From Escherichia coli (GTDB lineage Bacteria > Pseudomonadota > Gammaproteobacteria > Enterobacterales > Enterobacteriaceae), in NCBI RefSeq assembly GCF_051903065.1, contig NZ_CP178438.1: a DNA stretch of 64,000 nucleotides; one strand, written 5' to 3'. The notes below the pieces were generated by a model. That model saw only the letters and a program-made list of their open reading frames with translations, was not told the DNA's origin and searched no databases. Both the position numbers and the translations under genes were made by a program. Of the stretch, positions 10,948 to 21,425 are shown piece after piece (position 1 is the first letter of the stretch; each line of letters opens with the position of its first letter).

Positions 10948-12321
10948 GTGACCGCTTTTTCTACCCTGAATGTTTTGCCTCCCGCCCAACTCACGAACCT
11001 TAATGAGTTGGGTTATTTAACCATGACGCCGGTGCAGGCCGCCGCGCTTCCGGCGATCCTTGCCGGAAAAGATGTTCGCGTGCAGGCGAAAACCGGCAGC
11101 GGCAAAACGGCGGCTTTTGGCCTCGGCTTGTTACAGCAAATTGATGCGTCGCTATTTCAAACCCAGGCTTTAGTGCTGTGTCCTACGCGTGAACTGGCGG
11201 ATCAGGTGGCAGGTGAATTGCGTCGGCTGGCGCGTTTTCTGCCAAATACCAAAATTTTGACGTTGTGCGGTGGTCAACCGTTCGGTATGCAGCGTGATTC
11301 GTTGCAACATGCGCCGCATATTATCGTGGCAACGCCGGGTCGTTTGCTGGATCACTTGCAAAAAGGCACGGTATCACTGGATGCGCTGAATACTTTGGTG
11401 ATGGATGAGGCCGACCGCATGCTGGATATGGGATTTAGCGATGCCATTGATGATGTCATCCGTTTTGCGCCTGCATCTCGACAGACGCTTCTGTTTTCGG
11501 CAACCTGGCCGGAAGCCATCGCTGCAATCAGCGGACGAGTGCAACGCGATCCTTTGGCGATTGAAATTGACTCAACAGATGCTTTGCCACCCATTGATCA
11601 ACAATTTTATGAGACATCCAGTAAAGGCAAAATTCCTCTGTTGCAACGGTTATTAAGCTTGCATCAGCCATCCTCTTGCGTGGTGTTTTGCAATACCAAA
11701 AAAGATTGCCAGGCTGTCTGCGACGCGCTGAATGAAGTAGGGCAAAGTGCATTGTCATTACACGGCGATTTGGAGCAACGCGATCGTGATCAGACCTTGG
11801 TACGTTTTGCTAACGGTAGCGCCCGTGCACTGGTCGCGACTGATGTTGCTGCGCGTGGTCTGGATATTAAATCGCTTGAGCTGGTGGTGAACTTTGAGCT
11901 GGCGTGGGACCCTGAAGTTCATGTACATCGCATCGGTCGTACAGCTCGTGCAGGAAATAGCGGTCTGGCGATCAGTTTCTGTGCTCCGGAAGAAGCACAG
12001 CGGGCCAATATCATTTCTGACATGTTGCAGATAAAACTTAACTGGCAAACGCCGCCAGCTAATAGTTCCATTGTGACGCTGGAAGCAGAAATGGCAACGT
12101 TGTGTATCGATGGCGGGAAAAAAGCCAAAATGCGCCCGGGTGATGTATTAGGTGCACTGACAGGAGATATCGGGCTTGATGGCGCAGATATTGGCAAAAT
12201 CGCCGTGCATCCGGCGCATGTCTATGTCGCGGTCCGTCAGGCTGTTGCTCATAAAGCATGGAAACAGTTACAGGGCGGGAAGATTAAAGGAAAAACGTGC
12301 CGGGTGCGGTTATTAAAATAA
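10948..12321 (+). CDS. dbpA: DEAD-box ATP-dependent RNA helicase (23S rRNA specific)
   Basis: 457-aa ORF with GTG start, Walker A (AKTGSGKT), DEAD box (VMDEADRMLDMGF), SAT and HRIGRTAR motifs. Confidence 0.95.
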   Translation: MTAFSTLNVLPPAQLTNLNELGYLTMTPVQAAALPAILAGKDVRVQAKTGSGKTAAFGLGLLQQIDASLFQTQALVLCPTRELADQVAGELRRLARFLPNTKILTLCGGQPFGMQRDSLQHAPHIIVATPGRLLDHLQKGTVSLDALNTLVMDEADRMLDMGFSDAIDDVIRFAPASRQTLLFSATWPEAIAAISGRVQRDPLAIEIDSTDALPPIDQQFYETSSKGKIPLLQRLLSLHQPSSCVVFCNTKKDCQAVCDALNEVGQSALSLHGDLEQRDRDQTLVRFANGSARALVATDVAARGLDIKSLELVVNFELAWDPEVHVHRIGRTARAGNSGLAISFCAPEEAQRANIISDMLQIKLNWQTPPANSSIVTLEAEMATLCIDGGKKAKMRPGDVLGALTGDIGLDGADIGKIAVHPAHVYVAVRQAVAHKAWKQLQGGKIKGKTCRVRLLK

Positions 12322-12369
12322 TGAAATGTTGAATTGCCGGGTGCAAGAGTAAACATCTTATTCGGGATT

Positions 12370-12439
12370 GCCGGATGCGACGCTGGCCGCGTCTTATCCG
12401 GCCTCCATAAGAGTAGCCCGATACGCTTGCGCATCGGGC
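12370..12439. repeat. REP-type extragenic palindromes between convergent dbpA and ttcA
   Basis: GCCGGATGCGACGCTGGCCGCGTCTTATCCGGCCTCC (12370-12406) plus hairpin GCCCGAT / ATCGGGC (12416-12439). Confidence 0.5.
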
Positions 12440-12449
12440 GCTATCCTGG

Positions 12450-13385
12450 TTATTTCACTTCAACCACATTCAGCCGTAACTCATCCAACTGATTTTCATC
12501 TTCTTCTGGCTGCCAGCCCGCCGGTTGTAGTGGGATCTCTTCGCGATCAAACGCCAGATCACCCCCGTTAACCACTTCAGAACCGTGGGTGATGCCTTTG
12601 AAATCGAACAGGTTGGTATCGCACAGATGCGACGGCACCACATTCTGCATCGCGCTGAACATCGTCTCGATACGCCCTGGATAACGTTTATCCCAGTCAC
12701 GCAACATGTCAGCAATCACCTGACGTTGCAGGTTAGGCTGTGAACCGCACAGGTTGCACGGAATAATCGGGAACGCTTTTGCATCGGCAAATCGCTGAAT
12801 ATCTTTCTCGCGGCAGTAGGCCAGCGGACGAATAACGATATGTTTGCCATCATCGCTCATCAGTTTCGGAGGCATACCTTTCATCTTGCCGCCGTAGAAC
12901 ATATTTAAGAACAACGTTTGCAGGATATCGTCACGATGGTGGCCCAACGCGATCTTCGTCGCCCCCAGTTCCGTTGCGGTGCGATAAAGGATACCGCGAC
13001 GTAGCCGAGAACACAGTGAGCAAGTGGTTTTGCCCTCTGGAATCTTCTCTTTCACGATACCGTAAGTGTTCTCTTCAACAATCTTGTACTCAACGCCCAG
13101 CTTTTCAAGATACTCGGGCAGAACGTGTTCCGGGAAGCCCGGTTGCTTTTGATCGAGGTTAACAGCCACCAGCGAAAAATTGATTGGCGCGCTTTGCTGC
13201 AAATTGCGCAGAATCTCCAGCATGGTATAGCTGTCTTTACCCCCGGAGAGGCAAACCATGATGCGATCGCCTTCTTCAATCATATTGAAGTCAGCAATGG
13301 CTTCGCCCACGTTACGACGCAGGCGTTTTTGTAATTTGTTCAGATTGTATTGTTCTTTCTTGCTAATTTCTTGATTTTGCGACAT
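12450..13385 (-). CDS. ttcA: tRNA 2-thiocytidine(32) synthetase
   Basis: 311-aa ORF with PP-loop SGGKDS and CxxC pairs (CSLCSR, CNLCGS). Confidence 0.93.
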   Translation of the reverse strand: MSQNQEISKKEQYNLNKLQKRLRRNVGEAIADFNMIEEGDRIMVCLSGGKDSYTMLEILRNLQQSAPINFSLVAVNLDQKQPGFPEHVLPEYLEKLGVEYKIVEENTYGIVKEKIPEGKTTCSLCSRLRRGILYRTATELGATKIALGHHRDDILQTLFLNMFYGGKMKGMPPKLMSDDGKHIVIRPLAYCREKDIQRFADAKAFPIIPCNLCGSQPNLQRQVIADMLRDWDKRYPGRIETMFSAMQNVVPSHLCDTNLFDFKGITHGSEVVNGGDLAFDREEIPLQPAGWQPEEDENQLDELRLNVVEVK

Positions 13386-13524
13386 TTAAAAGCGACTCAA
13401 TTCGTTATATGGCATCAGAAGAGTATGCGTCATGCCGGAACGCCCAGCATAAGAAATCTGATATAAAAACTGTGGCGTGTATGGTACGGATTAGAGGGGA
13501 AAATGTCAGCACATTTGCGAAATG

Positions 13525-13553
13525 AATCAAAAAGCCCGCAGCAATGTGCGGGC
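13525..13553 (-). terminator. intrinsic terminator downstream of uspF
   Basis: Minus-strand hairpin GCCCGCA-cattgc-TGCGGGC followed by a T-rich run (TTTTTGATTCATTT). Confidence 0.55.
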
Positions 13554-13560
13554 GTTAGTG

Positions 13561-14076
<516 letters not shown>

Positions 14077-14135
14077 TTAGATCAAAGGAGGAAGAATAAG
14101 CAGAAAAAGCCCGCCATAACAGCGGGCAGGAGGAT

Positions 14136-15269
14136 TTAGAACTGATAAACCAGACCTAAAGCGACAATATCATCGGTAGAGATGCCGTTGGCAGCGTAGA
14201 AACTGTCATCTTCATCCAACAGGTTGATTTTATAGTCAACATAAGTGGACATGTTTTTATTGAAATAGTAAGTCGCGCCAACATCGGCGTATTTAACCAG
14301 ATCTTTATCATCAACACCTGCCGGGTTGTCTGCACCACCGGCAGCGTGCAGGTCACGGCCTTTAGACATCAGGAAAGAGACTGCCGGACGCAGACCAAAA
14401 TCAAACTGGTACTGTGCAGTGACTTCAAAGTTCTGGGTTTTGTTTGCAACAGCATAATCGCTGTCGCCAAACGGGGTCATATTACGCGTTTCTGAATACA
14501 TGGTTGCCAGGTAAATATTGTTAGCATCGTATTTTAGCCCAGCAGTCCACGCGTCTGCTTTATCACCACCCGCCGCAGTATGGTTAACCTGGTCATTGGT
14601 GCGGTCAGAAGAGGTGTATGCCGCACCAGCGCTAAAGCCCATGCCTAAATCATATGTTGTGGAAAGACCCCAGCCGTCACCGTTTTCATGGCGAACATCA
14701 CGTCCGTTGTTGGTGCCTTCCTGACCATTACTGGCTCCTTCGTTGTTACCTTGATACTGCACCGCGAAGTTCAGACCATTTACCAGACCGAAGAAATCAG
14801 TATTACGATAAGTCGCGACGCCATTGGCTCGACCAGTCATAAAGTTGTCTGCATTGGTATAAGAGTCACCGCCAAATTCAGGCTGCATATCGGTCCAGCC
14901 TTCGATGTCGTACATTACGCCATAATTACGTCCGTAATCGAAAGAACCGTAATCTGCAAATTTCAGTCCGGCAAATGCCAGACGGGTCCATGACTGGTTT
15001 TTTGAAGATTCAGTGTTGTTTGCCTGAATATTGTATTCCCATTGACCGTAGCCAGTAAGTTGATCGTTAATTTGGGTTTCGCCTTTAAAACCCAGACGCG
15101 CATAGCTCTGGTCGCCATCTTTCGCTGAATTATCAGAAAAATAATGCAGGCCATCAACTTTGCCATACAGATCTAATTTGTTGCCGTCTTTATTATAAAC
15201 TTCGGCTGCATGTGCAGCACCTGCGGCGAGCAGGGCAGGAATTAAAAGTGCCAGTACTTTGCTTTTCAT
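14136..15269 (-). CDS. ompN: outer membrane porin N (OmpC/F family)
   Basis: 377-aa ORF with signal peptide [37 protein letters not shown] and C-terminal ...GLVYQF. Confidence 0.93.
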   Translation of the reverse strand: MKSKVLALLIPALLAAGAAHAAEVYNKDGNKLDLYGKVDGLHYFSDNSAKDGDQSYARLGFKGETQINDQLTGYGQWEYNIQANNTESSKNQSWTRLAFAGLKFADYGSFDYGRNYGVMYDIEGWTDMQPEFGGDSYTNADNFMTGRANGVATYRNTDFFGLVNGLNFAVQYQGNNEGASNGQEGTNNGRDVRHENGDGWGLSTTYDLGMGFSAGAAYTSSDRTNDQVNHTAAGGDKADAWTAGLKYDANNIYLATMYSETRNMTPFGDSDYAVANKTQNFEVTAQYQFDFGLRPAVSFLMSKGRDLHAAGGADNPAGVDDKDLVKYADVGATYYFNKNMSTYVDYKINLLDEDDSFYAANGISTDDIVALGLVYQF

Positions 15270-15496
15270 TGAATAAATCCTTTAGTTATTTTATTTGCCT
15301 TTTATCCCCATTTCGGGGAGTGAAAACATCCTAAAGGAGAAGTTCAGTTAGCCGATAAATATCATTTGTTACGCCTTAAGTAAAACCTTAATCAAATAAT
15401 TCCTCTGAAATGATAATAAGTCTGGTGAATGTATCGAAGATAATACATACAAAATAAAAATTATACTTTTAATTTTCTATACGTTATTCTGCGCGG

Positions 15497-15606
15497 GTTA
15501 TATGCCTTTATTGTCACAGATTTTATTTTTTGTTGGGCCATTGCATTGCCACTGATTTTCCAACATATAAAAAGACAAGCCCGAACAGTCGTCCGGGCTT
15601 TTTTTT
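15497..15606 (+). ncRNA. micC: MicC small RNA (ompC regulator) with intrinsic terminator
   Basis: ompN-pfo intergenic; begins GTTATATGCCTTTATTGTCACAGATTTTATTTT and ends with hairpin GCCCG-aacagtcgtc-CGGGC plus T8 (15579-15606); about 110 nt, divergent from ompN. Confidence 0.85.
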
Positions 15607-15634
15607 AGAATTGGATAATCCTTATCCAGAGCAT

Positions 15635-18600
15635 TTAATCGGTGTTGCTTTTTTCCGCTTTTCCGGCCATTTGTGCCAGGAAGTCATAGCGTTTTTGCAA
15701 ATCAGCTGCAGCATCTTTCCATAACTGTTCTGCCACTTCTGGCTGCTGCGAATTCAGACGACGGAAACGTTGCTCGTGAAGTAACGTTTCTTCCAGTGCT
15801 TCTGACGGCGGGCGTGAATCCAGCGCCAGCGGCAGTTTGCCTTCATCGGCACGACGCGGATCGAAGCGATATAGCGGCCAGAAGCCGGTAGCTGTGAGTT
15901 GGCGCATCTGGTCATGGCTGAGTGCCAGATCGTAACCATGCTCTTCACACGGGCTATAAGCAATGATCAGCGATGGTCCCGGATACGCTTCCGCTTCCTG
16001 AATCGCTTTCACCGTCTGGTTCAGTTGCGCGCCGAGAGAAATCTGCGCCACATAAACATGACCGTACATCATCATACTGACGCCAAGATCTTTACGCGCT
16101 TTACGTTTGCCGTGCTCGCCAAATTTAGTTACTGCACCCAGCGGTGTCGCTTTCGACGCCTGACCACCGGTGTTGGAATAGCATTGCGTATCCAGCACCA
16201 GAATGTTGACGTTTTCCGTCAAACTCAATACATGATCCAGACCGCCAAAGCCGATATCGTAAGCCCAGCCGTCGCCACCAATCAGCCAGATTGATTTTTC
16301 TACCAGTGCATCTGCGTCACGCAGCAGTTCATGTGCTTCGGCAACATCGTTGAGTTGCTGGCGTAAAGCTGCAACCTGATCACGACGAACCTCTGGCGTA
16401 GCGTCTGATTTCAACGCCGTCAGTAATTCCGCCGGGATTTTATCGGCAAATTGATCCAGCAGACGCAGCACGCGGACACGGTGTTGATCGACCGTCAGGC
16501 GGAAACCCAGGCCAAATTCGGCGTTATCTTCAAACAGCGAGTTCGCCCATGCCGGCCCGCGACCGTTGGCATCGGTAGTATACGGTGTAGAGGGCAGGTT
16601 ACCGCCATAAATTGAAGAACAGCCAGTGGCGTTAGCGATCAACATCCGGTCGCCATAGAGCTGAGTCAGCAATTTAATATACGGTGTCTCGCCACAACCG
16701 GAGCAAGCACCGGAATATTCAAACAGCGGTGTAATCAGCTGCGATGTACGAATATCAATACGTTCCAGTTTGCTACGGTCGATTTCTGGCAGGTTGAGGA
16801 AGAAATCGTAATTGATTTTCTCTTCTTCGACATGTTCCAGGCGCGACATCATATTGATGGCTTTAATCTCTGGATTCTGACGGTCTTTCGCCGGGCAAAC
16901 TTCGACGCACAGGTTACAACCGGTGCAATCTTCCGGAGCCACCTGCAAGACATATTTCTGCCCGCGCATATCACGCGATTTCACATCCAGCGAATGCAGG
17001 CTGGCAGGGGCGTTTTCCATCGCTTCAGGCGGCACCACTTTTGCGCGAATAGCTGAGTGTGGGCAAGCGGCAACGCAGTGGTTACATTGGGTACAGAGTT
17101 CCTCTTTCCAGATGGGGATCTCTTCGGCGATATTGCGTTTTTCCCAGCGTGTAGTGCCCATCGGCCAGGTGCCGTCTGGCGGCAGCGCCGAAACGGGGAG
17201 GGCATCACCAAGCCCGGCGAGCATCGCAGCGGTTACGGTTTTCACGAAATCAGGGGCGGCATCGGAAACCACAGGCGGTCGATTGGCGCTGTGCGGATTA
17301 ACCGGCTGCAACGGAACTTCTTCCACGGATTCACGCGCCAGCGCCAGAGCCTGCCAGTTGCGCTCCACCAGATCCTGACCTTTGCTACTGTAACTTTTGG
17401 CAATCGCACCCTGCAATTCTGCGAGGGCGCTATCGCCAGGCAGAATTTGCGTCAGATGGAAAAAAGCCATCTGCATGACGGTATTAATACGGGCCGCCAG
17501 GCCACATTCGCGGGCGATTTTCGCTGCGTTAATCACATAGAAGCGCGCTTTTTTCTGGTTTAGCACGGCCTGAACTTCCTGCGGCAAGCGCGACCACACT
17601 TCATCTGCGCTGTACGGCGTGTTGAGCAGGAAAATGCCGCCAGGTTTTAAACGCTCAGCCATCTGATATTTATCGATAAACTGCAACTGGTGGCAGCCAA
17701 CAAAATCAGCCTGGGAAATGAGATAAGCGGAACGAATCGGCTGTTCGCTCACGCGAAGGTGAGAAACCGTCAGGCCGCCCGCCTTTTTGGAGTCGTAAAC
17801 AAAATAGCCCTGTGCGTACCACGGCGTGGAATTACCGATAATCTTGATATTGTTTTTGGTCGCGGAAACGCTGCCATCACTACCAAGGCCATAAAACAAG
17901 GCTTCCAGTTTCGCCGAGTTTGGCAGGGTGTTTTCCGGCAACGGCAGTGACAGATTGGTCACATCATCGTAAATACCAACCGTAAAGCGCGCTTTCGGTT
18001 TAGCCGCGTTGAGCTCGGCAAATACCGCCAGTACACAGTCCGGGCCAAATTCTTTGGATGAAAGACCATAGCGCCCACCAATGACACGGGGCAGAGTTTC
18101 GCGCTCGCCATTATTAAAGGCTTCTGCCAGTGCGGTCATTACATCCAGATAGAGCGGTTCTGCCTGGGCACCGGGTTCTTTGGTTCTGTCCAGTACCGCC
18201 ACGCTGCGTACGGATCCCGGCAGAGCTTGCAGCAAGTGTTTGGCGGAGAAGGGACGGTACAGGCGAACTTTCAGCACGCCAACTTTTTCGCCACGGGTTA
18301 GCAATTCATCAACCACTTCTTCACAGGTGCCAATGGCAGAGCCCATCAGGATAATCACCCGTTCCGCTTGCGGATGCCCGTAATATTCAAACGGCTGATA
18401 CTGACGACCTGTCGCGGCAGAGAAATCATTCATCGCCTGTTCAACATGGTCATAGACCGCGTTGTACCATGGGTTGGTGGCTTCGCGAGACTGGAAATAA
18501 GTGTCAGGATTGGCTGACGTACCGCGGATCACCGGATGTTCCGGGTTGAGCGCCCGGGCGCGATGAGCATCAATTTCGGCCTGCGGCATGAGATCAAGAA

Positions 18601-19159
18601 TAGTGTCATCGGCCAGCGGGACAATTTTATTGATTTCGTGGGACGTACGGAAACCATCAAAGAAATGAATAAATGGCACGCGGCTTTTCAGCGTCGCGAT
18701 GTGCGAAATGAGAGCAAAGTCTTGCGCTTCCTGGACGTTTGCCGCACACAACATCGCGCAACCCGTCTGGCGCACCGCCATGACGTCGGAATGATCGCCA
18801 AAAATAGAGAGTGCATGTGTGGCAACGGTACGTGCCGCTACATGCAGGACAAACGGTGTGAGTTCGCCTGCCAGTTTGTACAGCGTCGGGATCATCAGCA
18901 GCAAACCCTGCGATGACGTAAACGATGTTGAAAGGGCACCCGTCTGCAAAGCGCCATGCACGGTAGCGATAGCACCCGCTTCCGACTGCATTTCAACCAC
19001 GCGTGGTGTGTCTCCCCAAACGTTCTTCAAGCCGTTTCCGGCCCAGGCATCAGCCTGTTCTGCCATCGTGGAACTGGGGGTAATAGGGTAGATGGCGATA
19101 ACTTCACTGGTGCGAAACGCCACCGAAGCAACCGCGCCATTACCGTCAATAGTAATCAT
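15635..19159 (-). CDS. pfo: pyruvate:flavodoxin oxidoreductase
   Basis: 1174-aa ORF MITIDGNGAVASVAFRTSEVIAIYPITPSS with two ferredoxin-type Cys clusters (CTQCNHCVAACP, CTGCNLCVEVCP) and a TPP-binding region. Confidence 0.95.
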   Translation of the reverse strand: MITIDGNGAVASVAFRTSEVIAIYPITPSSTMAEQADAWAGNGLKNVWGDTPRVVEMQSEAGAIATVHGALQTGALSTSFTSSQGLLLMIPTLYKLAGELTPFVLHVAARTVATHALSIFGDHSDVMAVRQTGCAMLCAANVQEAQDFALISHIATLKSRVPFIHFFDGFRTSHEINKIVPLADDTILDLMPQAEIDAHRARALNPEHPVIRGTSANPDTYFQSREATNPWYNAVYDHVEQAMNDFSAATGRQYQPFEYYGHPQAERVIILMGSAIGTCEEVVDELLTRGEKVGVLKVRLYRPFSAKHLLQALPGSVRSVAVLDRTKEPGAQAEPLYLDVMTALAEAFNNGERETLPRVIGGRYGLSSKEFGPDCVLAVFAELNAAKPKARFTVGIYDDVTNLSLPLPENTLPNSAKLEALFYGLGSDGSVSATKNNIKIIGNSTPWYAQGYFVYDSKKAGGLTVSHLRVSEQPIRSAYLISQADFVGCHQLQFIDKYQMAERLKPGGIFLLNTPYSADEVWSRLPQEVQAVLNQKKARFYVINAAKIARECGLAARINTVMQMAFFHLTQILPGDSALAELQGAIAKSYSSKGQDLVERNWQALALARESVEEVPLQPVNPHSANRPPVVSDAAPDFVKTVTAAMLAGLGDALPVSALPPDGTWPMGTTRWEKRNIAEEIPIWKEELCTQCNHCVAACPHSAIRAKVVPPEAMENAPASLHSLDVKSRDMRGQKYVLQVAPEDCTGCNLCVEVCPAKDRQNPEIKAINMMSRLEHVEEEKINYDFFLNLPEIDRSKLERIDIRTSQLITPLFEYSGACSGCGETPYIKLLTQLYGDRMLIANATGCSSIYGGNLPSTPYTTDANGRGPAWANSLFEDNAEFGLGFRLTVDQHRVRVLRLLDQFADKIPAELLTALKSDATPEVRRDQVAALRQQLNDVAEAHELLRDADALVEKSIWLIGGDGWAYDIGFGGLDHVLSLTENVNILVLDTQCYSNTGGQASKATPLGAVTKFGEHGKRKARKDLGVSMMMYGHVYVAQISLGAQLNQTVKAIQEAEAYPGPSLIIAYSPCEEHGYDLALSHDQMRQLTATGFWPLYRFDPRRADEGKLPLALDSRPPSEALEETLLHEQRFRRLNSQQPEVAEQLWKDAAADLQKRYDFLAQMAGKAEKSNTD

Positions 19160-19432
19160 ATGACACCCTTACATTGCGCAAATGAGGGGCGCACGAAATT
19201 GCTGCGCGCCCAGTAGTAATCCTTCAATTTTAGCAAATGGCTTTCTTCTGCATTTTCGCTTTTGTGTCCCCCACATCAGCGTAATGAATGTTTTGATCAA
19301 ACAGAGGGCAAAAAAATAGCCATAAAAAAGTAAAAATGCGGGGCAACGCGCAGGACAGCTCTCGACGCCGCCCTCTGCGCTGCCTATTATTTATGGCGGT
19401 GTCGTTTGGCTTGAAGATCAGAGGAAGAAGAG

Positions 19433-19699
19433 ATGCGAGCAGCGTTTTGGGTAGGGTGTGCCGCTTTATTGTTGTCGGCGTGTAGTAGTGAGCCTGTTCA
19501 GCAGGCGACTGCGGCGCACGTAGCGCCAGGTTTAAAAGCGTCGATGTCCAGTAGTGGAGAAGCAAATTGTGCAATGATCGGCGGTTCGCTTTCTGTTGCC
19601 CGTCAACTGGATGGTACGGCGATTGGGATGTGTGCATTACCCAACGGCAAACGCTGTAGCGAACAGTCACTTGCCGCCGGGAGCTGTGGCAGCTATTAA
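19433..19699 (+). CDS. ydbJ: small lipoprotein of unknown function
   Basis: 88-aa ORF with lipobox (LLLSACSS). Confidence 0.8.
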   Translation: MRAAFWVGCAALLLSACSSEPVQQATAAHVAPGLKASMSSSGEANCAMIGGSLSVARQLDGTAIGMCALPNGKRCSEQSLAAGSCGSY

Positions 19700-20118
19700 T
19701 TCATTAAATCCGCCAGCTTATAAGTTAATGTCTGTTTCGCGGTCGCCAGCGTTAACTGGTTCGCGGTCAGATCCACTTGTGCACCTTCTTTCAGCATTTC
19801 GCTAATGGTGTTATCGAGTTCATTAAGCTGCGGGTTAGCGCACATCATACGGGTCATTGCTAGCCCTTTGGCTGTCAGTTCACCATTAGACAGTTTGCCT
19901 TCACCGCTAAAGCGGTTACACATGCTGCCGGAAATCATCATTTTTTCACCAAAGCTGATTTCTGGCGGATTTTTATCGCTGGTCACGGGCTTACCGTTTA
20001 CGCTTTCCAGCACAAAGCGATGATGCTGTAGCTGTTCTGGCGTAACAGCAATTTTGTCGTTACTTACACATCCCGCCATCAGCAGGCTTAGCGCAACAAA
20101 CGCGGCTACTTTCTTCAT
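19696..20118 (-). CDS. hslJ: heat-inducible lipoprotein HslJ (META domain)
   Basis: ORF 19696-20130 trimmed to MKKVAAFVALSLLMAGCVSN (140 aa), lipobox LMAGC. Confidence 0.88.
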   Translation of the reverse strand: MKKVAAFVALSLLMAGCVSNDKIAVTPEQLQHHRFVLESVNGKPVTSDKNPPEISFGEKMMISGSMCNRFSGEGKLSNGELTAKGLAMTRMMCANPQLNELDNTISEMLKEGAQVDLTANQLTLATAKQTLTYKLADLMN

Positions 20119-20228
20119 TGTGGTTCTCAATTACAGTTTCTGACTCAGGACTATTTTAAGAATAGAGAATGAAAGGTCATTGGGGATTATCTGAATCAGC
20201 TCCCCTGGAATGCAGGGGAGCGGCAAGA

Positions 20229-21218
20229 TTAAACCAGTTCGTTCGGGCAGGTTTCACCTTTTTCCAGATTGCTTAAGTTTTGCAGCGTAGTCTGAGAAAT
20301 ACTGGTCAGAGCTTCTGCTGTCAGGAATGCCTGGTGCCCGGTAAACAGCACGTTGTGGCAGGCAGACAGGCGACGGAATACGTCATCCTGGATCACGTCG
20401 TTGGATTTATCTTCAAAGAACAGATCGCGTTCGTTCTCATACACGTCCATACCCAACGAACCAATTTTCTGATTTTTCAGCGCTTCAATTGCTGCCTGAG
20501 AATCAATCAATGCACCGCGACTGGTATTGACGATCATCACGCCATTTTTCATCTGATCGAAGGCGGCTTCGTTCAACAGATGGTAGTTTTCCGGTGTCAG
20601 CGGGCAGTGCAGAGAGATAACGTCTGATTCAGAGAACAGGGTTGGCAGATCGACATACTCCACACCGAGTTCCAGCGCCGCTGCACTTGGATACGGATCG
20701 AACGCCAGCAGACGCATACCAAAACCTTTCAGAATGCGCAGCATCGCCACACCGATTTTACCGGTACCGATAACGCCTGCCGTTTTGCCATACATAGTAA
20801 AGCCGGTCAGACCTTCCAGAGAGAAGTTAGCGTCACGGGTACGCTGATACGCGCGGTGAATACGGCGGTTCAGCGTCATCATCATACCGATGGCGTGTTC
20901 AGCAACGGCCTCTGGATCATAGGCTGGAACACGGACTACTTTCAGCCCCAGTTCTTTTGCCGCATCAAGGTCGACGTTATTGAAACCGGCACAGCGCAGG
21001 GCGATATATTTAACGCCGTGCTTTTTCAGCTCTTCCAGCACCGGGCGGCTGCCGTCATCGTTTACGAAAATACATACCGCTTCGCAGCCATTGGCAGTTT
21101 TAGCGGTTTTTTCCGTCAGCAGAAAGTCAAAAAATTCCAGCTCAAAGCCAAAGGACTCGTTCACCTGTTGCAGGTACTTCTTGTCGTACTGTTTTGTGCT
21201 ATAAACGGCGAGTTTCAT
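20229..21218 (-). CDS. ldhA: fermentative D-lactate dehydrogenase (NAD-dependent)
   Basis: 329-aa ORF MKLAVYSTKQYDKKYLQQVNE with NAD-binding GVIGTGKIG motif. Confidence 0.96.
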   Translation of the reverse strand: MKLAVYSTKQYDKKYLQQVNESFGFELEFFDFLLTEKTAKTANGCEAVCIFVNDDGSRPVLEELKKHGVKYIALRCAGFNNVDLDAAKELGLKVVRVPAYDPEAVAEHAIGMMMTLNRRIHRAYQRTRDANFSLEGLTGFTMYGKTAGVIGTGKIGVAMLRILKGFGMRLLAFDPYPSAAALELGVEYVDLPTLFSESDVISLHCPLTPENYHLLNEAAFDQMKNGVMIVNTSRGALIDSQAAIEALKNQKIGSLGMDVYENERDLFFEDKSNDVIQDDVFRRLSACHNVLFTGHQAFLTAEALTSISQTTLQNLSNLEKGETCPNELV

Positions 21219-21425
21219 AAGACTTTCTCCAGTGATGTTGAATCACATTTAAGCTACTAAAAATATTTTACAAAATTTCAAATTTAATTGAAAGCTATGG
21301 CGATATTGAAAAATTCATCAACAACTATGCTTAGTGTAGGCGCAACCTTCAACTGAACGGTTAAACATGCCACAATACCCGTATTGAATGCTTAATTTTT
21401 CGCTAAATCAGGATATTAACTACCC

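Noticed and set aside
12974-13334. Short ORFs at the ttcA-uspF junction considered as prophage integrase remnants
   Set aside because: They lie inside ttcA in other frames; no integrase-like sequence and no att-like direct repeats were seen.
15899-17563. Several plus-strand ORFs of 74-168 aa
   Set aside because: All are inside pfo on the opposite strand; pfo is continuous and well conserved.
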